Shown in pieces: positions 11,230 through 23,476 of a DNA stretch of 49,539 bases. A program made the translations under genes and the position numbers. Under the pieces are notes generated by a model that searched no databases, had not been told where the DNA came from, and was given only the letters and a program-made list of their open reading frames with translations. Source of the stretch: Girardia tigrina (taxonomy: Eukaryota). The stretch covers positions 29,223 to 78,761 of the forward strand of contig MQRK01195906.1 of assembly GCA_001938485.1 (NCBI GenBank), in the 5' to 3' direction. Numbering within the stretch: position 1 is the stretch's first letter; every line of letters begins with the position of its first letter.

Positions 11230-13530
11230 CTCCGAATAGTGTGCACTATCGTCTGCTCCTCCTGTCGTTTTATCGTCGTTAGAAGGATATATTTACTTCA
11301 ATGATCTATCATAGCCATTATATACCTTTTTCCTCATTGTCATTTTCCAAGGGCCACAGATATTTAATACACTTTCTCAAATGGTTTTGATGTTATTATC
11401 TTGTAGTTAACATCTTACAATAATTAAGATAACAACATTAGAACATGATCATTGGTATTTTTCAACCAATGTACATATATTTCATTTCTGATGCTGAGAT
11501 ACATGATGTACCTTCCATTTGACTACTCAACATAGTTTATATTTCTGCCCAAATTTCCGTCCAATCTATCTTGGCGTCATCTTTTATCCTTATATTTATA
11601 GTGTCTCTAATTGTTCTAAATTTTTTGTGATGATAAGAGCTTGAGTAAAATTCTTCTTCTTTGAAGAGTGTCGTTTCGAATGATTTACCTCTATCGATAA
11701 GAATCTCTTTTTGGGATCGGAATTTCCATATACGTCTGTCAAGTAATACCATCCGTTCAGCTTTCTCATCTTGATGAGCTACTGCACTCCGACTAAAATA
11801 CCTACTAAATTGATTGATTATAGCCAATATGTACTGATACCCATTAAAACTCATTTTAAATGGTCCACAGAAATTCATATAAAGCTTTTGAAAAGGTTCA
11901 TCTGCGAATTGATTAGTATTACTGTCTTGTTTTCGTTGTTAAAGTCTTTCCTTTTGACTGTTTAGGCAACATTTTACTATTCCCTTTATTATCTCTCATA
12001 TTGACATCTCGAAATTATCTTAAAAACCTTGATACAGTCAGCATAGCACAGCATCTTGTGAACGTCTTCCACGAATTCTATCCTTGTGGTTCTAATATTA
12101 GTTATTGATTGTTGTCTCAAAATCGTCTTTCAGTATCCATTTCTATGTTCTTCCTATTCTAATATCTTTTTTGATCTGATTTATTTCGTCATTTTCTTTC
12201 TGAAATATGAACTCTTTTCATTCTTCATCTTAAGTCAGGATTCTTGTTTTAATTTTACCTTTTTTAGCTTCCTCGTGTATTGTTTGACACTGCCTACATA
12301 ATTCACAAAAATTTCTCGGCATTGCATCTGCATTTGAGAGTTTTTCGTCTTTTCAATATTCCATATTCATATCCAGAGTACTAAGAAAATTTATCCACGT
12401 TTGGAATTGTGGTGTTATTGGGGTGTTATGGTTTTGAATTTATTTTAATGGTATCAATTTTTGTTTGATCCGTTTCTATATTATTCTTGCTGACAATATA
12501 TCTTAAAAATTTTGTTTTTCTGTTAAGAATTGGCACTTTTCTGACTTTATTTTTAACCATGCTTTCTGTATTTTTTCCAGTACATGTTTTATTTGTTGCA
12601 TATACTATAATTTATTTTTCACTAAAATAAAAATATCGTCTAAATATGCAACTGCTTCTTTCGAATTCAATTGTCTTAGAATTTTGACTATTAGCTCTTG
12701 GAATGTGACTGGGGCTGATGCTATTCCGCAAGGCATTTTTAAAACAATACTGCCAGTTCTTTGTTAAGAATGCTGTTTTAATCTTTGATTATTCTTCCAA
12801 CTCGACTTTGTAGTACGTATTTCCATGATTAATTGTACTAAAATATTGTGCATCATTCAGTGTATACAGCATATCACCCACATGTGACATACGAAACACT
12901 CGTAGGATGGTACTTCTATGCAACTGGTAAAAAACTACGTACACTTTAATGTCTTGCTTTTTTTCTTCCACATTCTAATGGAAAATTAAATGGGGAACTA
13001 CATTTTTCAATTATGTCATTTTCTTCGAAATTTCTAATAACATCATCCAATCTCTCACCAAAGTGTTTTGGTTGCCGATTAGCTTCACTAGTATTGGATC
13101 CCCGTGTGTTTCTTTTCTGTTTTTTTTCAATGATTTTTCCCGATATCCAACTTATCGGCCATGAATACTGATTTATACTCTGTTAAAATCTTCATTAATT
13201 GCCTGTCAATTTATTTGTTATATATTACTTTTGGATTTTATATTATTTCTTTAATTTTATTAATTTTTTGTACTATGAGTGTTCCCATTTGACCCAACAT
13301 ATTATTTGGATATGTCTCTCCACTAAGTGTCCCTAACTTACACTTATCAGAGATCTATATCGTACACAATCAATCCCATCTGGCCCTTTGATCTCGCCAG
13401 TGAAATTGATGAAGTACCTATTGGATTCTACATAATATTATAGTTAAATATATTAAGTATATGAAAGTTTGCTCAAGCTACTTCTATTTAATTAATGAAA
13501 ATTATTTCTATTGTCAATACGCTTTTTTAT
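11230..13530 (-). mobile_element. Degenerate Ty3/gypsy pol (protease, RT, RNase H region, integrase)
   Basis: RT: LNDAQYFSTI, KMPCGIASAPVTFQ, VAYLDDIFIFS. Integrase: FCGPFKMSFNGYQYILAIINQFSRY, ILIDRGKSFE, SSYHH, and a GPW variant of the GPY/F motif near 11350. Protease-like remnant at 13290-13500. Order PR-RT-IN. Confidence 0.85.
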
Positions 13531-13682
13531 TTGATTATTATATTTCTTATCATGATTTTATCATTTTCATTACAGAGATTAAAGATAAAAGAACATGAAC
13601 AAATTATATGTAGACATTGTTTATTAAAATATAACAAGAAAACGAAAGAAAATGTTAATCAAAAGCAAACCACCCATCGACC

Positions 13683-14491
13683 TTAGCCATCCAAATCTGA
13701 TAGATTGACAAACTCTTCACCTTTATCCGTTGTGATAAAGCGGAAGTGGAGGTGATCACGATTTTCCTTCTGAATTTCAGGTTTTGACTTGAGGTCCAGC
13801 CATTCTTGTTCTTCCATAGTCTCTTTGGAATTATTTATTGGGAAAAACAACGAAATTTGATTAGAGGAATCAAAATCAGGGGACTCTCCTTTACTGGTGT
13901 TATTTCTGATTACAGTCTTTCCATCTTGGACGTAAATCTCAATACGCCTGGTGTTAAAAACAGCTTGCAGCTCGCTCTTGGCCTGTTGAAGCATTTGAGC
14001 TTTTCGCTTGTTCTGCTTACGCCGCTTCTGGGATCTGCAGAGCACCCCAGAGGAAGATGATGCCATATCCTCTTTCATAATTGACCCATAAATGTTTGGG
14101 TTCGTCACCAGAGGTTTCTTTTCCGCACTCGACCCAATCTTGTTTACTGTGTCTAGAATTAACTCTGGTTGCTCTTCTAAGTCTTTTTCGATCATTTTCT
14201 GGCAGTAACTGGACATATTTTGCCATATTCTCATCTCGGTGGCCTCGTTTTGTAAAGACTTTATTTTTTGATGTCATAGCAAATATTTATCCACAACCGG
14301 TTTATGAACCGATAGATGGACTGAATGTTTTCTAAAGTTCTCAAATTCGGTTGTCCTCCTTATCAATTCGTCATTCAGCTTGACACATTCTCCTTTCCAT
14401 TTCTGCAACTCCAGCAGCAGTTTTCTTTGTTTCTCTTTTCCTTCATTAATTTTTCTATTCACACTGAATAATGACAATGAGTGGATTACAA
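13683..14491 (-). pseudogene. Unknown coiled-coil/basic protein ORF (about 270 codons, one in-frame TGA at 14276-14274)
   Basis: ORFs 14525-14274 and 14234-13683 are in the same frame. Heptad-rich KQRKLLLELQKWKGECVKLNDELIRR and basic RSQKRRKQNKRK. Pyrimidine tract plus CAG acceptor at about 14492; AATAAA at 13625-13620. Confidence 0.55.
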
Positions 14492-14999
14492 CTGATAGAA
14501 AAAAATAAAATAAACAACAACACAAAAAATAATTGATGGATGCTGAGAGAAACGAAATCTCTTCCAGAAATGAAACTTGGCAAGGACTTCCTCAAACTTC
14601 CAGATAGTCAATAGTCTCGACAGGTACTATAATCACCTGACGTTATCTATCGACAGATCGGCAGCCATGAGAATGTTCCCCAACTTCCATCAAATCTGCG
14701 TCTTTGATGATTTGATTCATTACCATCTCATCAATATCGCCATTGCTCCTGCTGTCGGTTTGATCTGGTGGCTTGATCATTGTGGCTTGCTCTTGGGCCG
14801 ACCTATTGGTCCATTTCGCTCCAAAGTTCTCCTCCGTCGAAACCGATGTGAACTTCACCAAACATGGATATTACTTCCTTTCTTAAGAGCATCGCTACAT
14901 ATGTCTTGCTCAAACTCTGAAAGAGCAAGACTCAATACCGTACCTGGTACCCGGTTATCTCATAGTCTACCAGGAATCATGTTCAACTACCGTTCATGA

Positions 15000-15909
15000 A
15001 CTTTCAGCAATCTCTTTGGTACATACTCTACGTGTCTGATCTACCATTCAATCATCGTTGTTGAGCACCCAGTCTCCAAAAGGGGTATCACGATTCGCCC
15101 CCGATTTTTATTTCTATTACTGGTAGATGAACTTTAAGCCTCGCGCCCTGAAAGCGACAAGGGCATCAACCGCAAAAATTATTTCCGGTGCCAGAAATGA
15201 AACGCAATGCAGACCTAGAAATGATAGAGAGGTTTTCACTGATGCTTTGTTCGCCTTGTTGTGCTGCCGAATGTGACCAACTCATTTGAATTTGAAACAG
15301 TACACTCGATTGTCAGCGGCTTTTATTGTTATCACTGATATTCTTCTCAATTCATCAATTAACGATGAGTTAACGTTGCCACCGCAGCAGCGTTTTTCAC
15401 CGACCCGTTTACGCGAATTAGTTACCGTGCAAACGGTATCAGATTCTGAATTGAACATATTTTCTTTACCTCTTTGATGCCAAGAGCCTTGAAACATCTG
15501 CTGGAAGGCCGGATAGCAACACTTCCAACAGGGGATATTCCTGGGATTCTTCCCCGTGACACACGATTGTCGCTAGCTACTGCAAAGCTCACGCTAATTC
15601 TTCAATTGATTATTCTAATCTAAAGTTTCTAGAGCGGAATTCTTCATTATCCTCTCGTGGATCAGCACCATAAGCGTCTAGAAGCGCTTATTTTATTGAG
15701 TCATAATCTTTTTTATTCCTGATTGGCATACCTACAAAAAAATCAAACGCGCTTCCCTCCAGGTGCATTTGGAGGGTCAGAACCTTGTCAATGTAGCAAA
15801 TTGCTGCATCTGCCTCGAATTTGAGGTACCAAACCCCGATGTCTCTAGTTTCATCAAACAGGTGGACCAAATCTGCGACTTTAATTATATCCGCTATAGC
15901 TTGTCGCAC
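15000..15909 (-). mobile_element. Degenerate LTR-retrotransposon gag + protease
   Basis: Capsid-like LEGSAFDFF...DYDSIK*ALLDAYG...FRSRNFRLE*SIEELA*AL...LLSGLPADV, decayed zinc knuckle YCFKFK*VGHIRQH, and protease-like LLETGCSTTMI (D-T-G with D>E). Confidence 0.75.
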
Positions 15910-17253
15910 AATAGTTCAAAATATCGAGACTAATATTTATTTTCTAATGTAACTTTACAACAAACTCACATGAATCTATAAGCAATTGTGATGTATTGTT
16001 ATTACTCCACAATTAATAAAATCATTTAAAATTTACAATAATAATAAATTAAAAATAAATTTGAATATTAAATCTAAATTTGAATAAATTAGTTTTAGAT
16101 TATTAAAAATGAATTAAAATATTAATCATCCATCTGGGTAGGAGAGACACAATCCCAAATCAACACACAACATTCAAACACAACATCAACATTCCAAATA
16201 TTACTCACATTCCTGAAATTCATTTTATCTAACTCAGAATGTTTGACAATTCTGTTTACATTACAATTTTGACATCTGTCTACAAAAGTCTTTACGTATT
16301 GAGACATTAAAGGTCTGACTGTAAAAGACAAAGACATATATACGAAGGTTAAAATTCTCAACAATTTGATCATCAAGACATAACTAGATCCTCCACAATC
16401 TGTAGAGGGGTATATTGTAGTGAAATTAGAAAAATACATATTTAATTTCTTTATTTTATTAATAGTATTTAATTATTTTTTTAAAATGTGTAAATAAAAA
16501 TGGATTGAAAAATAACTGAATGAATTCTTGAACATGTGTGAATGGATGTGATCGAGTTTGTTTTTAAAAATGAAGTGCCCCTTGGAACATGTGATACAAA
16601 TGCATATAAATTATATAAATAGTGAGTTATTTTATTAATTCTTAAATCTCGTAAGTGAAACAATGAGCAGAAAACAAATACTGTTTTGTTTGGTAATTTT
16701 GGTGTTCTACATATCTTTTGGAAATGTAGCCGGCCAGACACAAGATAAAGCTATCAGTAAGATTCAATTGATCATTAATACATTAAAATGACCGTGTACA
16801 TTTAGAGGAGAGAAATCTGAGATTATCGAAGTTGGGGTTGCAAAATGTACTTAACCAAAGACGAAAAAATATGGGGTTGAGTGAATTGAAGGAATCTCCT
16901 GGACACATATTGAAAATGATTTAGGAACATCCATATTAATATAATCAATAAAACTTTTAATGATTTATTTGATTTATTATTATCTTAAAAATGTATTCAA
17001 ACATTATTAAAATAACATTTATACTATCGAGTTTGTCAAAGATTCTTGTCCTCATTGTAAATTAATAATATTTGAGAGTCGACAATGGTGACTTTGAGAA
17101 CATTAATAAATTATTAAAGTCTTTTGTGTTGCTCGACATTATTTATCATTTAATTCAAAGATTATAATCTTTTTTGTGTAATTGTAAATTCTCTGAAACC
17201 ATTCTACAATATTCGCCATAGAAATTCATTTATTTTTGTTGGGTTCGTATTAA

Positions 17254-17724
17254 CGGATAACATCAAATAGTAGGTGGACATGAAATAGTAGGTGTAATGA
17301 AGTTTTCAAAAAATTTTCCACCTACTATTAAAATAGTAGGTGGAATCAAATAGTAGGTGTATCGTTTTTAAAGCAATTTATAAAAAAATATATTTCGATT
17401 AATGCAGCAGGCTTTTCTGCCAATTGTTTAGAATGGCATATTTCGAAACATGATGTGTATGGTGAACGTTTTGTAAAAAAGTATTTGTCGGAATCCCAAA
17501 AAGAAACTGATCNNNNNNNNNNNNNNNNNNNNNNNNNNNNNNNNNNNNNNNNNNNNNNNNNNNNNNNNNNNNNNNNNNNNNNNNNNNNNNNNNNNNNNNN
17601 NNNNNNNNNNNNNNNNNAAAACAAAAGCACCAAATAGTAGGTGTAAACCAATATTGGGCGCCTTTTCAATTTTTTTTCCACCTACTATTAAAATAGTAGG
17701 TGTCCTACTATTTCATGTTATCCG
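17254..17724. mobile_element. MITE with TIRs and multiple subterminal AAATAGTAGGTG repeats (contains N gap 17513-17617)
   Basis: TIR CGGATAACAT(C/G)AAATAGTAGG at both ends, flanked by TTAA. Internal palindromes CCACCTACTATTAAAATAGTAGGTG. Confidence 0.85.
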
Positions 17725-18689
17725 TTAATAATTGAAGTCATGAAAATGCAAAACTTTATTTCTATAACAATTATTTAAACAATATTTTTGTTGAGGAACT
17801 GTTTTTTGTTTTCTTTTCGACCAGATTGATTATACATAAAAATATTGAATTATAAGTACTGATATGTTATATATTAAAATTGTTATTTTTACGAATTTAA
17901 TTTATTATTTTTTTTAAAATTACAATAATTTTACAGAATTACATTTAAATATATTATCTGATTTAGTTTAAAACAATTTTTAACATCTAATTTAACTACA
18001 AATAATTACTTTACAATATTATTTTATTACAAATTTATAATTCTCAAAGTTATTCAAATTTTAAAATATCAAAAAATAAATTGTATTAAAAGTCTTTCGG
18101 TTCAGAATTTAAATATCTATTTTTATTCCATTTAAAGTTATTTTAACAAAATTTACATTTATGTTTATTTAAAAATTATTTAAATTTTACTTAGTTTAAT
18201 TCATTGTAAAAACATATTTTAATTAAATTAACAAAGGATTTATATAACTTTAAAATTCTTTTAATATTTTTATTTTATTTGTAAAATCTTTTATTTTATG
18301 TTGAGATTTGTTATTTCCTTTTCAGTTATTTAAATCTAATTTTAAAGTCCTACAATGTTCAATATTTAATTTTAAATATTTGGAAACTTTCATTATCTAA
18401 TTTCAAAATATAAACGAGTTCACCATAATCTTAACATATATGATTATTATTTATGTGATTAAATCTGAATTTTAATTATTGATAACTTCCTGAACTGTAA
18501 AATATATTATAAAATTTTTATGCATCATGTTTAAATATTATACAGATTTAAATTTTAAAAATTCTAAAAATTTATGAGTTTGTCCGAAAAATCTTCACAA
18601 TTATAATTTCATATTCCTCATATGGATTCTCTTTTACGAGTTATATCATCTTTCTATGTAAATTCTCTTAAGAATGTCATATAGAAAAC

Positions 18690-19075
18690 ACGTTTACTAT
18701 TTAAGTAAACAAGATGAAACAACTATTAAAAATACAATCATGAAAAAATGGATTTCGCGGTTTAGAGCTCGGAAAAAGATCATACGGATTGTGGTAAAAC
18801 ATTCGAATCGTAGATAATAAAAGATATGACTGAAACTATGAACATTAAAATGTGGTACTTAAGTTCTTACCATTATAACTCAAATATAGGAGAAAGACAA
18901 TTCCGGACATTAAGAGAATATTTTAACGCATCCTTGCATCAAAGGCAGGATCAGACTAGGAGGAACTACTACCAGAGACGGAATTAAAATTAAATTCAAC
19001 TTTTCAGAGTCTAGCTGAAATTATATTTGTAAAGAAAGTATACAGGGAAGGATGATGATGCCAGGATATAAAGAA
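18690..19075 (+). pseudogene. Isolated gypsy integrase core fragment
   Basis: SKQDETTIKNTIMKKWISRF..HTDCGKTFES..SSYHYNSN..ERQFRTLREY. Related in motif to the integrase at 11537-11878. Confidence 0.75.
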
Positions 19076-19218
19076 TTCCAAAGTTTAAACATTTCAAATA
19101 TTTTATAAAAAATAAATTATAAAATATTAGAAATGTTTTCACATTATTTGACTAATTTTAATATTTTTATAGAAGTAATTGAAATAGAGAATAAGTTATC
19201 AATTTTATCTAATTGTTA

Positions 19219-19300
19219 CTCCCTTCGTCCGGAAATATGGTATACATTTGTATACCAAAATGTATACTAAAATGTATACCATATTTCCGGATGGAGGGAG
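19219..19300. mobile_element. 82-bp Stowaway-like MITE
   Basis: TA-CTCCCTTCGTCCGGAAATATGGTATACATT ... AATGTATACCATATTTCCGGATGGAGGGAG-TA. The CTCCCTCC terminus with TA TSD is the Stowaway/DD39D signature. Confidence 0.9.
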
Positions 19301-19625
19301 TATAATTTTTTATTTTTCTAAAAGTATTTCCTTAAAAACAAATTATTAAATAAGAAAAAATATTTTAATATTTTTAATTCTTTAATTTTGCTACCAAAAA
19401 TTTTTTTCAGAAGAATTTTTATACACATTAATTCATAAATCATTTTCTATTTCTTTCTGAATATTTTTATATATTTTTAAAAATTTTGTAGACATAATTT
19501 TTTTGTAGAAATAAATACAATTTTAAAATAATTTGAAGACATCAAATAAAAAAGTTAACTAATAAAAAATTTATTCTCATTTAAAAATTTGTTCTCAAAT
19601 TCAAAAGATTTCGGACACCTACTAT

Positions 19626-20296
19626 TTAAAATCTTGTAACATCGCCCTTTGCTTTTATGACATCTTCCATTCTTCTATTCATTGAATTGTATAAATCTTG
19701 ACATTTATCAATGGGAAAACTATTCCATATTACTAAAATTTTATCCTTCAAATCAATTTTATTTTTAGGATATTTTTTTCGTAATTCTTTTTTCATAATT
19801 GCCCAAACATTCTCTAAGAGACTTAAATCTGGGCTTCCTGAAGGCCAAGACCAGAAGGACATATTATTTTTCATCATCCAAGTTTTTGTAAATTTAGAAG
19901 TATTACAAAATGCCTCATCTTGTTGAAAAATGAAATCTCAATTGTCAAAATATTGCGTAATAGATGAGATGAGACTTTCCCTTAATATCTCGGTATACTT
20001 TGTGGAGTTCATTGTGACCTCTATAAAGGGAAACTGCCAAGTCCTTTGCTTGTCATACAACCCCAAATCATTACACTTTCTGGAAATTTTAGAGTTCGGT
20101 TTAAACAGTCCGATAATAATGACTCCGTACTAAGTCTTAAGACCGATTTTCCATTTTCGCCTATAGACAATTCAAAACGAGATTTGTTTGAAAAAATAAC
20201 TTTATTCCAATCATTTTGACTCCGTTTACTATGATTAAGAGCCCATTCAAGTCTCTTTTTCTTTTGAATAGGTGACAGAAATGGTTTGTTTTTAGC
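19626..20296 (-). pseudogene. Tc1 transposase exon 2 (catalytic domain, degenerate)
   Basis: AKNKPFLSPIQKKKRLEWA, DWNKVIFSNKSRF, FIFQQDEAFCNTS and WPSGSPDLSLLENVWAIMK. Preceded by a TTCTTTAAG acceptor. Confidence 0.85.
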
Positions 20297-20323
20297 CTTA
20301 AAGAAGTATTACGCTATGCTTAT

Positions 20324-23300
20324 TGTATAAAATTATTTATTTATATAAAATTATTTATTATTTATATTCTATTATATTAAATTATTATTTATATTATATG
20401 CTTGATTACATTAAGTAGTCAAGTGAAATTAAAAATTAAATTTTGAATAAAAGTAAATCGATATACAATATATCGATCACATTTATTTAAAATTTAATTT
20501 TTGATAGACAATTATTAAATTGTCCAACACTCGTCTTTATTATTTATTTGAGAAGATATTTCGTTTATTTTATCTATCGAACGACCGAAGATTTTCACGA
20601 ACTTTTCAGAAAGAAATCAATTTCTATCGAAAAACTTCATCAACAATTTAGTTTGTGTATTTTGTGGATATTGCGTTTATGCGATTGTGATTGACCTGTT
20701 TATTTTTCTCTTTAACTGTGGTTAAAAGTAATTTGATTATTTTTTTTATTTATTTTACTATTTTTATTGTGTGTGAATTAATTCATCTTTAATTGTATAT
20801 TTTTGATGTTTGGTTAGTTAATTATAAAAATATAAAAAAACTTATATTTTCGGATTATAGAAGCTTGATCATGCTTCTCGTGACCAGGAAACCAAAAAGG
20901 AGAACAAGCCCACTACAAAATTTATTAAAATAAAAATATTCCTTTACAATTGAAATCCCTTGTTGATCTTCAGTTTTTGTATTCGACATTTTTCGTAATT
21001 CTGATTATTAAAACAAAAAAATGTTTTTGTTTTTTTTAATTAAATATTGATTTAATTTTTCTGAAAGAATTTTTTTTGTCCAACTAATTTAGGCATTTCT
21101 GCTTGATTTTTTTATAGGAAATCGGGCTTCGAATAAATTAGTTGATTAATAATTTTTTTAGTAAAATAGTAAAAAATTGAATGTTATTTACATTAGTGAA
21201 ATTTGTAAAAATTTAAATGATTTGATTATTCAAGGAAAATCAAAGCGCCACAAAAGTCCCCCCTTAAGAAGTCAGAGACGGTAAGATTATTGTTATGGTT
21301 TTGTTGGACTGAGACGGGTGGTATTGGATGATTGTTCCCATGGAGATAACCAAACTGTTTTGTGTTTTTGGGTAAGAACGTGGGCTGTGTGTGTCTCGAC
21401 TGGGTCGTCCTCAATGTGAATGCATGACTTCAGTTTGCATATATTAACTACGCTGCGTGTGCCTTTGTAGTTTATGGTCGCTGTGTTGTTCTGCACGTAA
21501 AGGTGAAGCATGCGGTAGGGACCGGTGTGTCGGGTTTGCAGAGAGCTGGGGTGTTCTCAAATCCGCCAGACGAATTTCGCGTTAATCAGGTCTTTGGAAA
21601 CGTAAACCTTGTAGGCGTCTTGCGATGATGAGGAATTATCTAAATTTTTGAAATAACTTTGTGTCTGTTCCAGGTGTTCATCGTTACTGGGGCTGTCACT
21701 GAAGAATAATTCGTTCACAAGTGAAGTGTTTGAACAAAATAGCATTTGAACCGGTGAGGAGCCATGGCGGCTGGGAATGGATGCTTCGTGGACTGGTATT
21801 TGGTGATAAGCCTTGGCCAAATCGAGTGACGAGAAAATTTTGCACCACTCAAAACGTTGCAAAGTATCGATGATTAATGGCATCGGGTATGAATCAGGCG
21901 TTGTAACCTGATTCAACCTTCTGTATTCCCCGCATCGGATGGAACCATCCTTCTTGTGCACGATCTGAAGCGGTGCTGCCCAGGGTGAACTGGAGCGTCG
22001 TACAATGCCCGAAGTTTCGAGTTCCGAGAATTTTTTCTCGGCAAGAATTCGCTGTTCTTGAGAAAGTTCCCGGCGGCGTTGTCGTATGGGTGCGCATGGC
22101 CTGGTGATGATCAAGTGGTTTGATATGCAACTACCCGAGAATGAACTCACGGTGGGAAAAAAAGCTCACAACGATGTTGGGAAAGTTTAGTTCAATGAAT
22201 TGATTTGGGTTAGACAACAACGTACACACTGGAGTGTTGGATGGGGTGTGACGCGCCGTTGTTGATTGTTGAAGTGGAAGAAGTCTCCTGTTCCTGCAGT
22301 CTATGAGCAAACCGAAGTGGGCGAAGAAATATGCCCCGAGAATTGGCTGAGTGACATCGGCAACCGTGAACGTCCATTGGAAAAGTTTATCCAATGGGGC
22401 AAGGTGAAATGATATACTGACTGAACCATAGGTATAAACGATTGAATCGTTGGCGGCCGTGAGACGTGAGACTGTGCGTCGAGTCTTTGGTTGCATGCTT
22501 TTGGGCAAGACCGAAATGGCGGAGCCCGTATCGATTAAAAATGTCAATCTGGTGGTGTGTGGAGCGGTGACGGTGGCATCGGACAAGAAAATTCCGCAGC
22601 ATATGTCATCGTCTTCTGTGTCGGCTGCGAAGACCGAAGACGAACCTAGTTTTTTGACGGCTTATAAGTACAGTCAGGCTCGCATCGTTTCATCTAATCC
22701 CCTAGGCGGGAGTGATAAACACAGACTGTGTCCATTTCCAATTCGTTTGTTTGGTCCTTCCAGGTGCATTCTGGCAGGCATTTCCTTGCCTCTCGACCGA
22801 ACTTCGAATGACACCAACACACATTTGCACTGGGTGATCGATTTTGGCTTGTTGCTAAACGTCTCTAATGGAATTTTAGTAACCTCATGGTACTGAGTGC
22901 CGTTATTTGTGTCGTGATTGTTTGCATTTGTGTCTGTAATGCCTCAATATGTGTAGAGAGTGTATCTGGTGCTGTGGTTGAGGTTAATTGTATCTGTTGT
23001 GTGTTCACAACAAAAAATGTGTTTGTTTCGGTCGGTTGTGTGGCCATGATGTTGTCTGCAATTTTGGCAAGTTCAGTAAGATCGATGACATTAGTGCCAG
23101 GAAGAACGGCTTGAGCCAGTGGTGTAAGTGACCGCAGAAAAAAATGCTTAAGTAGATCGGAATGAGATCCATTAGTGACTCTTCGGTGTATAGTTTCTAA
23201 GTCTGTCACGATCTTGTTTAAAAAGGAAAAGGGTTTCTGGTGACCAATGTATTTGTGATTTGAAGTATGTGGCGAAAATGTCGTCGATTGAAAGTTGAGA

Positions 23301-23476
23301 ATATCGGAGAATGTGTTTTTGTAATTCTTCAAAAGGTTTCTCGTGTGTGCCGATCGATTTTAAACTTTTTACCCTAATCCCAGGATTTGATAAATCATAA
23401 TCTTATCATTAAGTTAAAAACATATTTTGGAGGTTGATCGTATCCAATACAGCACAGACAAAATATATTTTTAACA
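20324..23476 (-). mobile_element. TG..CA-bounded LTR-type insertion with 5-bp TSD (CTTAT), probably composite or deleted
   Basis: CTTAT at 20319-23 and 23477-81 directly flank TG...CA ends. It contains gypsy internal sequence. A matching LTR pair could not be recognised. Confidence 0.65.
21253..23345 (-). mobile_element. Internally deleted Ty3/gypsy element (gag, protease, partial RT, integrase tail, PPT)
   Basis: gag DLTELAKIADNIM; CHCC knuckle CVYHSRLGD*MKRCEPDC; protease FLIDTGSAISVLP and QPILGA; RT SSSPWAAPL, YRRLN and IFSSLDLAKAYHQIP; TGPYR; PPT AAGGGGGG at about 21265-21258 followed by TGTGGCGC at 21252. Confidence 0.9.

Noticed and set aside
14017-14999. Overlapping ORFs (14017-14277 minus, 14081-14335 plus, 14577-14999 plus) as an endogenous viral element
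   Set aside because: No viral hallmark motifs. They are best explained as shadow frames of the GC-richer block.
17254-17724. CRISPR-like array of AAATAGTAGGTG repeats
   Set aside because: The repeats are short, in both orientations, irregularly spaced and inside TIRs. The context is eukaryotic with no cas genes.
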